Source: Malacoraja senta (taxonomy: Eukaryota). From it: 64,000 bases of DNA. The notes under the pieces are model-generated. The model was given only the letters and a program-made list of their open reading frames with translations, was not told the DNA's origin and did no database searches. Where the stretch lies: contig JAXLNO010002060.1 of assembly GCA_038087875.1 (NCBI GenBank), forward strand, positions 62,001 through 126,000, given 5' to 3'. Position numbers and translations under genes: made by a program. Shown piece after piece: positions 12,322 through 24,566 of this stretch. The number at the start of each line of letters is the position of its first letter. The first letter of the stretch is position 1.

Positions 12322-12893
12322 TTTATTTTTTATTTTTTATTTTTTTGTTTATTTTTATTTATTTTATTTTTTTATTTTTTTTATTTTTATTATTTATTAG
12401 AAGTATTTTACATTACAGTAATCTGCAATAACGTAAATTTATACAGTTCTTGTACCACTTCTGTTTTTCAACTTTAATAGAAAGAAAGGATAGAAAGAGC
12501 TAGCAAAGACAGTCAGTGAGTGAATGAAAAAGTGGTCCAGGAACACAGATGTGTACCTAAACCACATGAAGTAGTTAAAGAAGAGAGGAAAAAAAAGAGA
12601 AAAAATAAAATAAGATAGGACAATATGAAAGGGATGCACCTACTTCTTATCTTTACTCACCCCTCGCCAGGACTTAAAACCATTTATTATCATCATTTTG
12701 TTGCACCTTATGTTTGTAATAAGTCAATATATGGAGACCAAATCTTTTGGAATTGGTCTTGTTTACCTGCTAGGAGGAATCTCATATCTTCTAGATGTAA
12801 CAATTCCGACATATTAGAAGTCCACATTTTTATTGTTGGCGTAGGAGCATTTTCCCAAAATTTCAGTATTAATTTTGTTGCTGTTATTAATCC
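12322..12893 (-). mobile_element. L1 3' fragment inserted in a CR1 (host CR1 ~12070-13165)
   Basis: T-rich tail at 12320-12400; 'WENAPTPTIKMW...FQKIWSPY' is the L1 ORF2 end; 14-bp TSD GTCCTCTGGTTCTT at 12308-12321 and 12894-12907. Confidence 0.85.
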
Positions 12894-13699
12894 GTCCTCT
12901 GGTTCTTGATTACACAAGGCTGGTTAAAAGATTCTGTGCATTCAATCTATCTATGCTCCTTGATTTTATAAACCTCTATAAGATCACCCCTCAGCCTCTT
13001 GCGTGCCAAGGATTAAAGTCCAAGCATTCTCATCCTCTCCCTGAATCACAGGCCCTGTTAATGACATCCTTCCGATAGTGGAGTGACCAAAACTTAACAC
13101 AATACTCTAAATGTGGCCTCACCAACATCTTGTACAACTGTAGCAGAACATCCCAACTTTTTTATTCAGTACCTTTCTTTTAAAATCTTTTTATTGTTTT
13201 TTTTCCAAAAAACAAAAACAAAAACAAAAATAAAACATTAAAAAAACAGAGCAAAAAGAATAATGATAAACATAACAATGGTATTGATACATAGGGATCA
13301 TGATTAAACACATTAATAACAGGTATAACCTAATATGAGACCAGTGTCAAAATACACAATGAATATAGTTAAATCTTTAAAAGGAAACATAAATGTAANN
13401 NNNNNNNNNNNNNNNNNNNNNNNNNNNNNNNNNNNNNNNNNNNNNNNNNNNNNNNNNNNNNNNNNNNNNNNNNNNNNNNNNNNNNNNNNNNNNNNNNNNN
13501 NNNNNNNNNNNNNNNNNNNNNNNNNNNNNNNNNNTGAACTGAGAAATTCAACAATTTAAGTCTGTTTGTCGTCAAGTCTGTTCCACCCTATGAAGGTAAA
13601 ATAATTTTTATAACGGTTAAAGAGGGATCAATTTATGTTGTATGAAAGTGTTCAATAAATTTTCCCCAAGTCTTATCAAATTTAACCAAGGGTTCAACA

Positions 13700-16600
13700 A
13701 TGTCACCTGATTTTTTCTAAATTTAAACATGATATCGTTTCAGAATACCACTGGAGTGTGGTCGGAGGGTTGGAATCTTTCGATTTAAATAAAATAAATC
13801 TTCTGGCAATTAATGTGGTAAAAGCAATCAGCCGATGGGCGGAGTGGGACAAATGAATAGAATCTAACATTGGTAACCCAAAAATTGCAGTAATAGGATG
13901 AGGTTGTAAATCTATACCTAAGACTACCGAAATAGTATCAACAATTTATTTCCAATATTTTTCCAAAAGAGGGCAGGATCAAAACATATGGGTCAGTGAT
14001 GCCACTTCAGAATTACATCTGTCACAGGTAGAATTTATATGACCATAAAAACGAGCTAACTTATCTTTTGACATATGAGCTCTGTGGACCACCTTGAATT
14101 GTATCAAAGCGTGTCTTGCACACATTGAAGAGGTATTAACTAATTGAAGGATCCTCTCCCATTTCTCTATAGAGAAAGAAATTTGGAGTTCTCTTTCCCA
14201 GTCATTCTTAATTTTATCAAATGTATCTATTTGTAATTTTAAAATCAACTCATGAATAGTCGTTATTAATCCTTTCTGATAAGGGTTCAACTGTAAACAA
14301 AATTCCAAAATTTCGGGTTGATGTGGTAGCGGAAAAAGGGGTAGTTCCTTTTGTCTAATTTGTAAATATCTAAAAAAGTGTGAATTAGGTAAGTTATATT
14401 TATTGGAGAGTTGTTCGAAAGACATAAAACAACACTCCAAAAACAAATCATGAAAAGCTACTAATCCCTTCCTCTTCCATTACAAAAAAACTTGATCAGT
14501 ACTAGATGGTTGGAAGAGAAATTTGGATAAAATCAGATAGTCCAAAAAACTTACAAAATTGAAACCGTATTCGGAACGTATGTCTTATTATTGGGTTCGT
14601 CATATATTTATTCAATCTCGTAATTGTAAAAGGTAACGAGGTCCCTAGAATAGAAGCCAATTATAGCCCTTGTAAGGAATCACGTTCTAGGTTTATCCGT
14701 CCAGGGCATTGGGTATCTTCTAAATCTTTTGTCCAAAATGTTAAATAACGAACATTGACTGCCCAATAGTAGAGTCTAAGGTTCGGCAATGCCAAACCAC
14801 CAACTTTTTTTGATTTCTGTAGGTATTTTTTACCTAGTCTGGGATTTTTATTCTGCCATATATATGAAGAAATTTTAGTCTATAATATCAAAGAAAGATT
14901 TGGCAATAAAAATTGGTATCGTCTGAAATAAATACAGACATTTAGGTAAAATGAACATTTTAATAGCATTGATTCAGCCAATTAAGGATATGGACATTGG
15001 TGACCATTTAGTGAACTGATGTTTAATATGGTCAATTAAAGGAATAAAATTAGCTTTAAATAAATCCTTGTGTTTCTTGGTGATCTTAATACCTAAATAA
15101 GTAAAAATGGTTCGGTAGTCAATCTAAATGGAAACTGTCCATAACTCGAAACAAAATTATTTAATGGGAAAGCTCACTCTTACTAAGATTTAGTTTATAA
15201 TTAGTTTAGTTTAGATTTAGGCGCGACTCTCGTCAGCAGCGGCCTCTGCAGTCCGTCTGTCTTTTTATTATTTTTGTCTCGTTTCTATGTAGTTTTTATT
15301 ATTTTTTTTGTCGGGGTATGTGTGTGGGGGTGGGGGGGGGTGAACTTTAAAATCTTTCCCCTGCACGGGAGACCCGACCTTTTCTTTGTCGGGTCTCCGT
15401 TGTCGTTGGGGCTGGGCAACGTGGAGCGGCCTCCAGCAGGAACGACCTGGGGCTCCAGTTGCGGAGCTGCGGACTACTCACCGTCACGGGGCTGGCCAAG
15501 TCCGGAGCGGGTGGAGCTGTGGTGGAGCGCTGCTGCAACCCGACCCCCGGAGATTCGGGGGCTACGGCCGCGGGTCTGGCGGACGGCAACACCGGAAGCC
15601 CGCGGGTCCCTGGTGGGAGACCGCTTTTCGGGGCTTCCACAGCGGCGACTTCTCCCGCCCGAGTTGCGGGGTTGAAGAGCACCTGGAGCGGGGCTTTATA
15701 TCACCGCCCCGCGCGGCTTGGAATGGCCGCGGGACTATGCGAGCGCACGCCGGGGCTCTAACACCAAGACCCGGTGCGCGACCTTGCATCACCCGGCGTG
15801 GCTTTAATGGCCGCGGGACAATCACCATCGCCCGCCGGGGGCTTTGACTTTGACTCTGACATCGGGGGGGTGAGTGCAGTGGAGAGATACGTTATTTTTG
15901 CCTTCCATCACAGCGCTGTGATGGATGTATGTGTAAATTGTGTTGTGTCTCGGGTCTTCTTCGTTTTGTAATGTATGGCTGCAGAAACGACATTTCGTTT
16001 GGACCTCAACGGGGTCCAAATGACAAATAAATTGTATTGTATTGTATTGTATTGTATAACCAGAAAAACTACTGAATTGATTAAGTAATGCTACTATTGC
16101 CGGAATAGATTTCTCAGGGTTAGAAATAAATAATAACAGATCATCTGCATAAAGAGATAGCTTATGTGTCTTATTCCCGCGGACAATACCAAAAATATTA
16201 GGGTATTCCCTAATAGCAGTGGCTAAAGTTTCCAAAGCAATATCAAATAGTAAAGGACTTAAGGGACAGCCCTGTCTAGTACCTTGAAAGAGCCTGAAAA
16301 AAGGGGATCTCTGATTATTAGTAAATACAGAAGCCTGAGGTATAAGATATATCAGTTTGATCCAAGAGATAAATTTTGGACCAATCTTAACTTTTTCAAG
16401 TATATTGAATAAGTATTCCATTCTACTCTATCAATAGCCTTCTCGGCATCAAGTGAGATGACACATTCTGGGGTTTTATTAGACGCTGTATATACAATAT
16501 TTATTAGTCTCCTAACATTAAAGAATGAGTAACGATTTTTAATAAAACCTGTCTGATCTTCAGAGATAATTTGCGGTAAAATCTTTTCCAATCTCATAGC

Positions 16601-18259
16601 TAATATTTTGGAAAGAATTTTAAAATCTACATTTAACATTGATATAGGTCTATATGATGTCACTTCAGTAGGGTCTTTATCTTTTTTAAATTAAAGAAAT
16701 AGAAGCTTCATAAAAAGATTGTGGTAATCTATTCCTTAAAAAGGCTTCTTTAAATACCTTGCATAGCCATGGAGACAATAAATTTGAGAAATACTTTAAG
16801 AATTCTACTGTAAACCCATCTAATCCGGGAGCTTTACCAAAATTCATTGAAAATATTGCTTTCTGTATTTCGTCTTCCGTGATGGGTTCATCGAAACAAC
16901 AGAGACTCATTATATGGTAAATTTGGTAAGTTCAGTTTCTTTAAAAACTCATGCAATATATTGGAATCAGTAGGAAAATCTGATTGGTATAGGGAGGTAT
17001 AAAATTCCTGAAAGGATTTATTAATTTCGTCATGGTCTACGGTTACTGTACCATCCCGTTTACTCACTTTAGTAATCTGACGCTTGGCCGACACTGCTTT
17101 CAATTGATTAGCAAGTAATTTACCAGATTTTACGCCATTTATATAAAATTTACTTTTGGTTTTAAGTAACTGGTTCTCAATCGGTGATACTAATAACAAA
17201 TCATATCTCAATTGAAGTTCAACTCTATTCTTATAGAGCTCTAAACTAGGAGCTTTTGAATATTTTTTATAAATTTCTTTAATCTCGTCAGCCAATGTGC
17301 GTATTTCTTTTTGTGTTTGTTTTTTTAATCCCGCGGAGTATGAAATAATTTGTCCACGAATATATGCCTTAAAAGCATCCCAAACTATACCATTGGATAT
17401 CTCTTCATTAGAGTTTGTCAAGAAGTAAAAAGCAATCTGATCTTTCATAAACTTAATAAAGTTTAAGTCTTGAAGCAAAGTAGCATTAAATCGCCATTGT
17501 TTAGCACTAAACTTGGAATCAGGTAGTTTGATCAATAGTTTCACTGGTGCATGATCAGAAATAGCAATTGTATCATACTCACATGCAATGACGAATGGAA
17601 CTAGCCGAGAATCTAGTATAAAATAGTCGATCCTAGAATAATTATGATATACATGAGAGAAAAATGAAAATTCTTTGTCATTTGCATGTAAGAATCTCCA
17701 AATTTCTAACATTCCCGAGTCAAGTAAAAAAGAATTAATAAAATTAGCTGATTTATTTGGAAGCACATGATCAGATGTAGACGTATCAATCGAGGGATTC
17801 AAACAGCAATTGAAGTCTCCACCCATTATTAAAAAGTGTTCATTTAAATTAGGAAAGGATGCAATTAACTGTTTAAAAAACTCACGGTGATCAATATTTG
17901 GTGCATAGACATTCACCATAGTGACTTTTTGCCTATAAAGGACACCGGTAATCACCAAGAATCTGCCATATGGATCAGAAATTGTTTCATGGTGAACAAA
18001 CAGAATTGAGGGGTCAATAAAAATAGAGACAACCTTTCACCTTAGCCTGTGAATTTGAATGAAACTGCTGTCCTCTCCAAAACTTGAAAAATCGTGACTT
18101 GTCATCTTGCCTTACATGAGTTTCCTGAACAAAGATAATCTGAGCATTTAGTCTGTGAAGAACTTTTAAAAAAAATATCCTCTTAATGGGATGGTTCAAG
18201 CCATTCACATTCCATGAAAGGAAATTAGTAACTTTATCCATATTGCTTGTAAAAATCAT
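13700..18259 (-). pseudogene. L1 ORF2 (EN-RT), frameshifted and interrupted by the 15201-16054 insertion
   Basis: ORF pieces 18014-18259, 16888-17958, 16352-16910, ~16057-16421 and 13979-14446 carry successive L1 ORF2 motifs. Confidence 0.88.
15201..16054 (+). mobile_element. GC-rich non-autonomous retroposon with Rex1-like end and (TATTG)n tail; left arm only
   Basis: TSD TATAA at 15196-15200 and 16055-16059; empty site in the right arm at 63939-63943. Confidence 0.8.
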
Positions 18260-18862
18260 GTGGGATGTAATGGGTTAATTTCTTGAAGCCTAAAAGTTCA
18301 TAATACTGGAAGAAGAAAAATCTAGGGCGGAGCCAGGTGACGACATTTCAGCCAATTTTGTAGTTCAGAATTTGCACAAATGGAGATCACTAAATAGGGA
18401 ACAAAAGACCCCTCCCCCCTCCCCCCTCCCCCCTCCCACCCCTGTAGAACCCCAAACTGACCAAAAGACAGTCAGCAAACTACCTAATCCCCTCCCCGAC
18501 CCCATCTCTCCCAGTAACAGCACTCAGCATAAAATGAATAATATTTAACCACTACGTCATAACACATTCGTTATTATCTCTTTGAAAGAGAAGAAAAAAA
18601 AATACAGACTGGCATGGAATGCTGCTTATTATTATCCAAGGTCAAGATATAAAAAACAAGAACTGCGTTCTCTTAGTTTGTCTAACGACAGGGGAACACG
18701 AATTAACAAAGAAATTCTTAAAAGAATATATATAAAAGAAAAACAACTCGTCCAGTTAAATTCTTAATCATTACGAAACGAAATGTTGTCAAATTAGGAA
18801 CAGTAAATCTCCAATTATAACTTAATCAGCTATCAATTACTCCCCTTCCTCGTCGTAGCTCT

Positions 18863-19771
18863 TCAGACGCAGCTGGAGGCGTCTTGAGGACTGTTAAAAA
18901 ATCGAAAGTTACCATTGAAAAGCCGAATACGCAATCTAGCTGGTGATAATAGAGCTGGGCGCAGTTTTTTCTTATACAAATCAGACATTACATTATAAAA
19001 AGTCTTTCTTATTTCCAAAAGCTCGTAACTATAATCAGGGACAAACTGAAACTTACATCCTTCATATTCAACCACACCAAACTTTTTTGCTGCCTGGAGA
19101 ATATTCTCCTTCATTTGAAAAAAATGAAACCGAATGATCAAGTGTCTCGGTTTATTACCGGATCTCTTCCCAATCCTGTGTGCCTTCTCCAGGAACGGAA
19201 GGTTTTCATTGTGCTCAATGTTGAATGTTTCCTTTATCATTTTAGAAGCATATTTTATAACGTTATCTCCTTCTTGGCCTTCCGGCAAACCAACAATTCG
19301 TAAATTCAAACGACGGCTTCTGTTTTCTAAGTCCATATTTTTAGACCTGTATTGCTGAAGTGCTCGAGTGTTTTCATTCATTCTCCGTTCCAATTTTTCA
19401 ATCTTCAAATCTCTCTCCTGTCCCAGGGTGCGCAAGATATCAATTTGATCCTTTTGTTCACGAAGTTCATCTTGTAACAAAGACAGTTTTCCTTGGACTT
19501 CCTTCAATTTGGTCGAAACTCCTTTCACCATTTCTTCCAAACTGCCAAATCTTGTTTTCATTTCATTTTTCAGCTCATTTTTCAATTCATCGTTCATTTT
19601 CGATATTGCTTCTATGATGCTTGAATCAGAAGCTACAGCTGTGGTTGTGGCTTTCCCCAGTTCCTTCTTTGGGGATCCTCCTTTCCTTCTTGTCTCCATG
19701 CTTTTCACGATTAAGGCGTGTAAAAGTGTTATCAACACTTTATGAACAGTTAGACGGTGTCTTGAAGTCAA
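18863..19771 (-). CDS. L1 ORF1p (intact, 302 aa)
   Basis: Coiled coil followed by ENRSRRLNLRIVGLPEG, AHR and FVPDYS motifs. Confidence 0.88.
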   Translation of the reverse strand: MTSRHRLTVHKVLITLLHALIVKSMETRRKGGSPKKELGKATTTAVASDSSIIEAISKMNDELKNELKNEMKTRFGSLEEMVKGVSTKLKEVQGKLSLLQDELREQKDQIDILRTLGQERDLKIEKLERRMNENTRALQQYRSKNMDLENRSRRLNLRIVGLPEGQEGDNVIKYASKMIKETFNIEHNENLPFLEKAHRIGKRSGNKPRHLIIRFHFFQMKENILQAAKKFGVVEYEGCKFQFVPDYSYELLEIRKTFYNVMSDLYKKKLRPALLSPARLRIRLFNGNFRFFNSPQDASSCV

Positions 19772-20404
19772 ATAGTCACCAGTAACATTGAAAGAGTGGT
19801 CAGTGGAAGCTAAAAGTTAAGGGAGCAAACGAGTTTGCAACCTTACAGCATGCTGCCTTACACAAGGAGAGTCTAGTTATTGACATGTTATTGATGTTCA
19901 TGATTATTCTGTTCTTTGTGCCTGGCCATTTTGACTTTGTCACATTTTACTTGGTTTATGATATTGTACAAGATTTGCAATCACACCTCCCAATTGACTA
20001 AAATTATCCCAATTAACTAAATGCCTACTATGGCATTTAACTTATTGCATTATATTCAGTGCAGGGTAGAAGCTGCAGTTTTTTTTAAAAGGGCAAGTTT
20101 GTATTACATACTATGTGGTGTGTGCCTGGAAAGCACTGCCAGGGATGGTGGCGTCTGGGGTGCACCTTCGTGGTGCATGGAGATGGAGGGGTTTGAGGGA
20201 CATGAATCATTTGCAGGCAGATGTTGCCTAACTGGTGTCTGTCTGACTGATCTGGAGGGATCTGATGGTCAGGCAGGGAATATTTCCAGTGACCCAATGG
20301 TGCTGAGTTCGCTGAATTTTACGGTGAATGGGAATGCCCCTGTAATAGAGGAACAGGTCCTTTGTCCAACAACGTTTGTGCTGAACATGACGCAACCTGA
20401 GGCA

Positions 20405-20910
20405 GAGTGGCGCTGCTGATAGAGGTGCTGCCTCAGTGCGTCATAGACATCAGTTCAATCCTAACCTCGGTTGTCGGCTGTGTGAAGTTTGCATGTATTC
20501 CCTATGACCGCATGGGTTTCCACTGTCCTCCAGTTTTCACACACATACTAAAGATGCCAGGTTTTATGGGTTAATTGGTCTCTGTAATTTGACCCTAGTG
20601 TGGAAGCGAAAGTTAGATAACATAGAACTTGTGTGAACGGAACTATTTGAAGGAGTATTGAGTTTTTTGTTTAGTTTAGAGAGAGAGCATTGAAACAGAC
20701 ACTTCGGCCCCACTGAGTCCGCACCAACCAACGATCACCCACATAAGCTAGGGACACAAGTCAATTAACCTACAAACCTGCACATCTGTCTTTGGAATGT
20801 GGGAGGAAACTGGAGCACCTGGAGAAAACCTATGCAGTCACAGGGAGAAGGTACAAATTCCGTACAGACATCACCCGTGGTCAGGATCAAACCCAGGTGT
20901 CTGGCGCTGT
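20405..20910. mobile_element. Two oppositely oriented tRNA-head SINEs (mirror ~58705-59210)
   Basis: Same family as the other SINE copies. Confidence 0.65.
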
Positions 20911-22063
20911 GCCTTTATATCTGGAAGGAAGATGTTATGTGGGATGAATCAACAGTTAAAGTGAATAAACTAGTTGCATCTTTCTGAGTTCTGTTCTCTG
21001 CTATGCCATTTCTTTGTTGTCTAATATTTAATTTCCCTCCTCAGATTATCAAAATATTCAACCAAAGCAGAACGTGCACTGCTAACCAATCGCTGAGTAG
21101 AAGATTTCATGGATGTGATTAAAATGCAGGAACTGAAATAAATGGAAAGAGTTAAATTAAGTTTATCAAACATGACAGAAATTCTCAATAAACTGCCCTG
21201 CATTTGTACAAATTAGAGCTATCTAGCAATTTATGTTGATAACAGCTGATATGACTGATGCCTCAACTCCTTTACTGTGCTTATTCCACATAAGACACAA
21301 TTCCCTGTTCTTTTAGAATATATCCAAGCATTATCCATCAATTCACCACCACATCATGCCTCTTTAATACATTCATAAGGTTAACTCTGTTTCTTGTCAT
21401 CTCCAAGGGACACGGAACCAATGATTTCAGCCATTCATGGTTAGGCAACACTTGCTTATTCCAGAAATCTCTTCTAGCTGATATGCAATATTAATATATC
21501 CTTTCTTAAATTTGAGGACTAAGCTGTGCACAGTGCTCATGGTTTGTCCTTAGCAACATCATGTACCATAATTACAATAGTAACCTACCTTTGAATGCTA
21601 CTCACCTTCTGAGTTGTGTGCTGCATCGACCTGCTGGCTTTTTGTTTTGCACTTTAAGCACTTGAATCTCTTGTACTCCACTCATTTGCAATCTCACTCC
21701 ATTTAGATAATAGCTTCCTTTGAATTGCTCTTACCAGAGTGTGTGAGCACATATTTTCCATTATTAAACTCCATTTGCCATGTTTATGTTCATCTAACAA
21801 AGAGTCATAGAGCCATATAGCATGGAAGTAGGTACTTCAGCCTAATGCTCCAAGCTGAACAAGATGCTACATCTAGGTTAGTCACATTTGCCAGCGTTTG
21901 GCCCACTTTCCTCTCAACATGTTCTATCCATGTACCTGTCCAAGTGTCTTTTCAATGTTGTTATTCTGCCTTCGCTGGCAGCTCATTCCATACACCCAGT
22001 AACCTCTTCGTAGAAAAGGTTGCCTCTCAGGTTCCTACTAAATCTTCCTCCTCACCTTAAACC

Positions 22064-22695
22064 CAGGGGTGCAGTGCTGCCGGAGCTCACCTGAGCACCG
22101 ATCCGGCACATCTGTTAAAGAAAAAATAAACAGGGTGGAATTTTAACTAGCGGATGTGTGGTCGGGGTAACCTGATTAAAAGAGGGGTAAGGGGAAGATC
22201 CATCACTACTGAGGTTCCCTGCAGGAGGAGGGGAACACTATGATGCAGCAGAGACAGACCATGTGATGTGTGCATCGTTTGTGGTTGTGGGCCTGGAGCT
22301 GAGCCTGGAACTCTGGTGGGTGGGTGTGTAGGTGAATGGGTGTGAGGGTGAGAGTGTGTGTGTGTGTGTGTGTGTGAAGGCCCAGAGCTGTGGGATAGTC
22401 AGGGTGAGTCGGTGTCTTGCCGGCACCTCTGTAAAAATACATGATAACAGTCTTTTTCTTTACTTGCTTCATAATTATATTTCATGATAATCAGTGAGTG
22501 CAACCGTGCAATATTTTGTCATAATTAAATTATGTATTATATGTTTTAAAGTACTAGCTATACACTGGGATGTAGTAATAGGCTATAATCTTGTTTGACC
22601 CTCTAGGGAGACTAGCTTGCCCCCCCCCCCCCAGCAAAATCTGAAATGCCCCTGTTTGACAGCTCCGACACCTAAAAAATTAGCATTGAACACTG
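22064..22695. mobile_element. Non-autonomous hAT-like element inside a CR1 (mirror 56908-57551)
   Basis: 8-bp TSD CTTAAACC at 22056-22063 and 22696-22703; CAG...CTG termini with only loose TIR similarity. Confidence 0.55.
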
Positions 22696-23527
22696 CTTAA
22701 ACCTGTTTTTGCTGGTTCTTGATTACCCTACCCTGGGTAAAATAAATCCTGATCAATCGCCCTCATGATTTTAGAAAGCTCTCTAAGCACCAATTAAATG
22801 GTTTCAATTATAGATAGAGTAAGACTTTGTGGTTATTTCCAACAAGAATTTTAGACTAAAGAAAGGCCAGTGGAAGTACTTGGTCAAACAGCATCTGTGG
22901 AGGCAAATGACATATACCAACATTTCAAGGCAAGGCACTGCATTAGAATTGAAGGAGAGGATGGGAAGATTCCAGCAGTTTGAAGGAGGAATGGGGCAGA
23001 GGCTGGTATGTGGCAGGTGGAATAGTAAGATTAAACGAGAACTTACCAAGTTTGAAGTTTGATCTTTATTTTATGAGGAGTAACGTTGAGGGATTACGTG
23101 AAGAAGCCCCGTCCAGCCGCACACGCGTCAATCTTTCAAAGCAGCGGAGTGACAATCACAGACGATAATTACTGAAGTATGATAGTAAGATGCATAAAGA
23201 CTTAGAACTACCAGCTTGATCCTTTTATGAGGGTGGGAGCGGAGGGCACGTAATCCCTCAACGTTACTCCTCATAAAATAAAGATCAAGCTTCAAACTTG
23301 GTAGGTTCTCGTTTAATCTTACTATTTTACTTCGGAGTCACGTGAGTGACTACGTGAAGATTTCAAAGCTCTGTGATTTCACACCGTGGATTCAAATCCA
23401 GGTGTTCACTGCATCGATTGACTCTATTTGAGTAAGCACAATCAACAATGCATAACCACAACATTTGAATGTAATCAGTTAATGGTTTTATTTATTTTAA
23501 TAAAAGTAACAAAATTAGGCCCATTTA

Positions 23528-24523
23528 TTATAATGGGGGATTTAATACTGTATCCAGCACAGCATTACCAAACCCTCTGAGATCTTTAATCTCCTTGTGG
23601 TAATACTTGTGAAACATCTGTTCACTTGCCCATCCTGCGGCCATGAGAATAAGGTCTATTAGCACGTCTGAATCCCTGGCCGCTGATGTTGATGCCGCCC
23701 TGGTGGAATGAGATTTAAATTTATCAGTATCAATACCTGAATATCTCAACACCTGTTTCAACCATCGTGAAATTGTTTGTGTTGACACTTTCTTATGAGG
23801 CTTTTTATGACTAATAAAAAATGCCAATTCGGCGCCTCTTAAAACTTTTGTTGTTTCTATGTAACATTTCACATATGTTACTACACACAGTCGTGAATCT
23901 GTAGGATATGCTAAAAATTCCAACTTGCATCCTGTGAACCCAGGTCTACTTTGCTTCAGTAAATCATAGACATAGAATGTCACGGCATTTTGCCCTACTT
24001 TCATTCTATCAATTCTGAGTTTCTGTAATGTGTGAACTCTCTGTGCTGAAACTAATGCCATGAGCATAACCAATTTCATGGTAATTTGGGATAATGACAG
24101 AGTTTCAACTGGATTCCAATTCCTTAGGAACATCAGTACATCTTTTACATTCCAAATTTCTGTATACCTGGGTCTGGGAGGATTAGAGTTGAAAATTTCT
24201 TTCATAAACCTACAGACCCAAGGATGTGCTCCAATTGGAGTTTGTTCTGATTCACTGCTTAAATATGCAGAGAGTGCACTTCGTGCAGTATTAATTGCAC
24301 TATAACTTAATTTCAATTCATAGTGTAGAGTTGAAAGAAACTCTATTACATCTGAAATTTCTGCTGTGTTATATGCAATATTCTTTCCTGAACAAAACAC
24401 CTCCCATTTCTTTATATATGAAATGTACTGCTTCTGGGTACTATTCCTCCAGGCTGCTGTCATAACATCCACTGTACGGTCTGATAATCTTTTTCCAAGA
24501 TATGGCCTTCTTAGAATCTGCAA
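23528..24523 (-). CDS. DIRS tyrosine recombinase (intact, 331 aa)
   Basis: SAQR (R), HKKPH, HSTR (HxxR) and GW...FHKYY (Y) catalytic motifs. Confidence 0.92.
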   Translation of the reverse strand: MQILRRPYLGKRLSDRTVDVMTAAWRNSTQKQYISYIKKWEVFCSGKNIAYNTAEISDVIEFLSTLHYELKLSYSAINTARSALSAYLSSESEQTPIGAHPWVCRFMKEIFNSNPPRPRYTEIWNVKDVLMFLRNWNPVETLSLSQITMKLVMLMALVSAQRVHTLQKLRIDRMKVGQNAVTFYVYDLLKQSRPGFTGCKLEFLAYPTDSRLCVVTYVKCYIETTKVLRGAELAFFISHKKPHKKVSTQTISRWLKQVLRYSGIDTDKFKSHSTRAASTSAARDSDVLIDLILMAAGWASEQMFHKYYHKEIKDLRGFGNAVLDTVLNPPL

Positions 24524-24566
24524 ATCAACAAACCAATACGATTATGTAAAGGATGTGATTCATTAG

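Larger units (their letters stand above)
13170..19870 (-). mobile_element. Near full-length fish-type L1 LINE (ORF1 + decayed ORF2)
   Basis: 5'UTR ~19870-19772; ORF1; ORF2 with EN (FLSWNVNGLN, GGDFN, SRIDY, SDH), RT (YRPIS, QGCPLSP, YADD) and C-terminal CxxC..H. No TSD found. The 3' end lies beyond the gap at 13399-13534. Confidence 0.88.

Noticed and set aside
23021-23360. Large hairpin as ncRNA or CRISPR-like repeat
   Set aside because: Fully explained by the DIRS ICR/ITR architecture.
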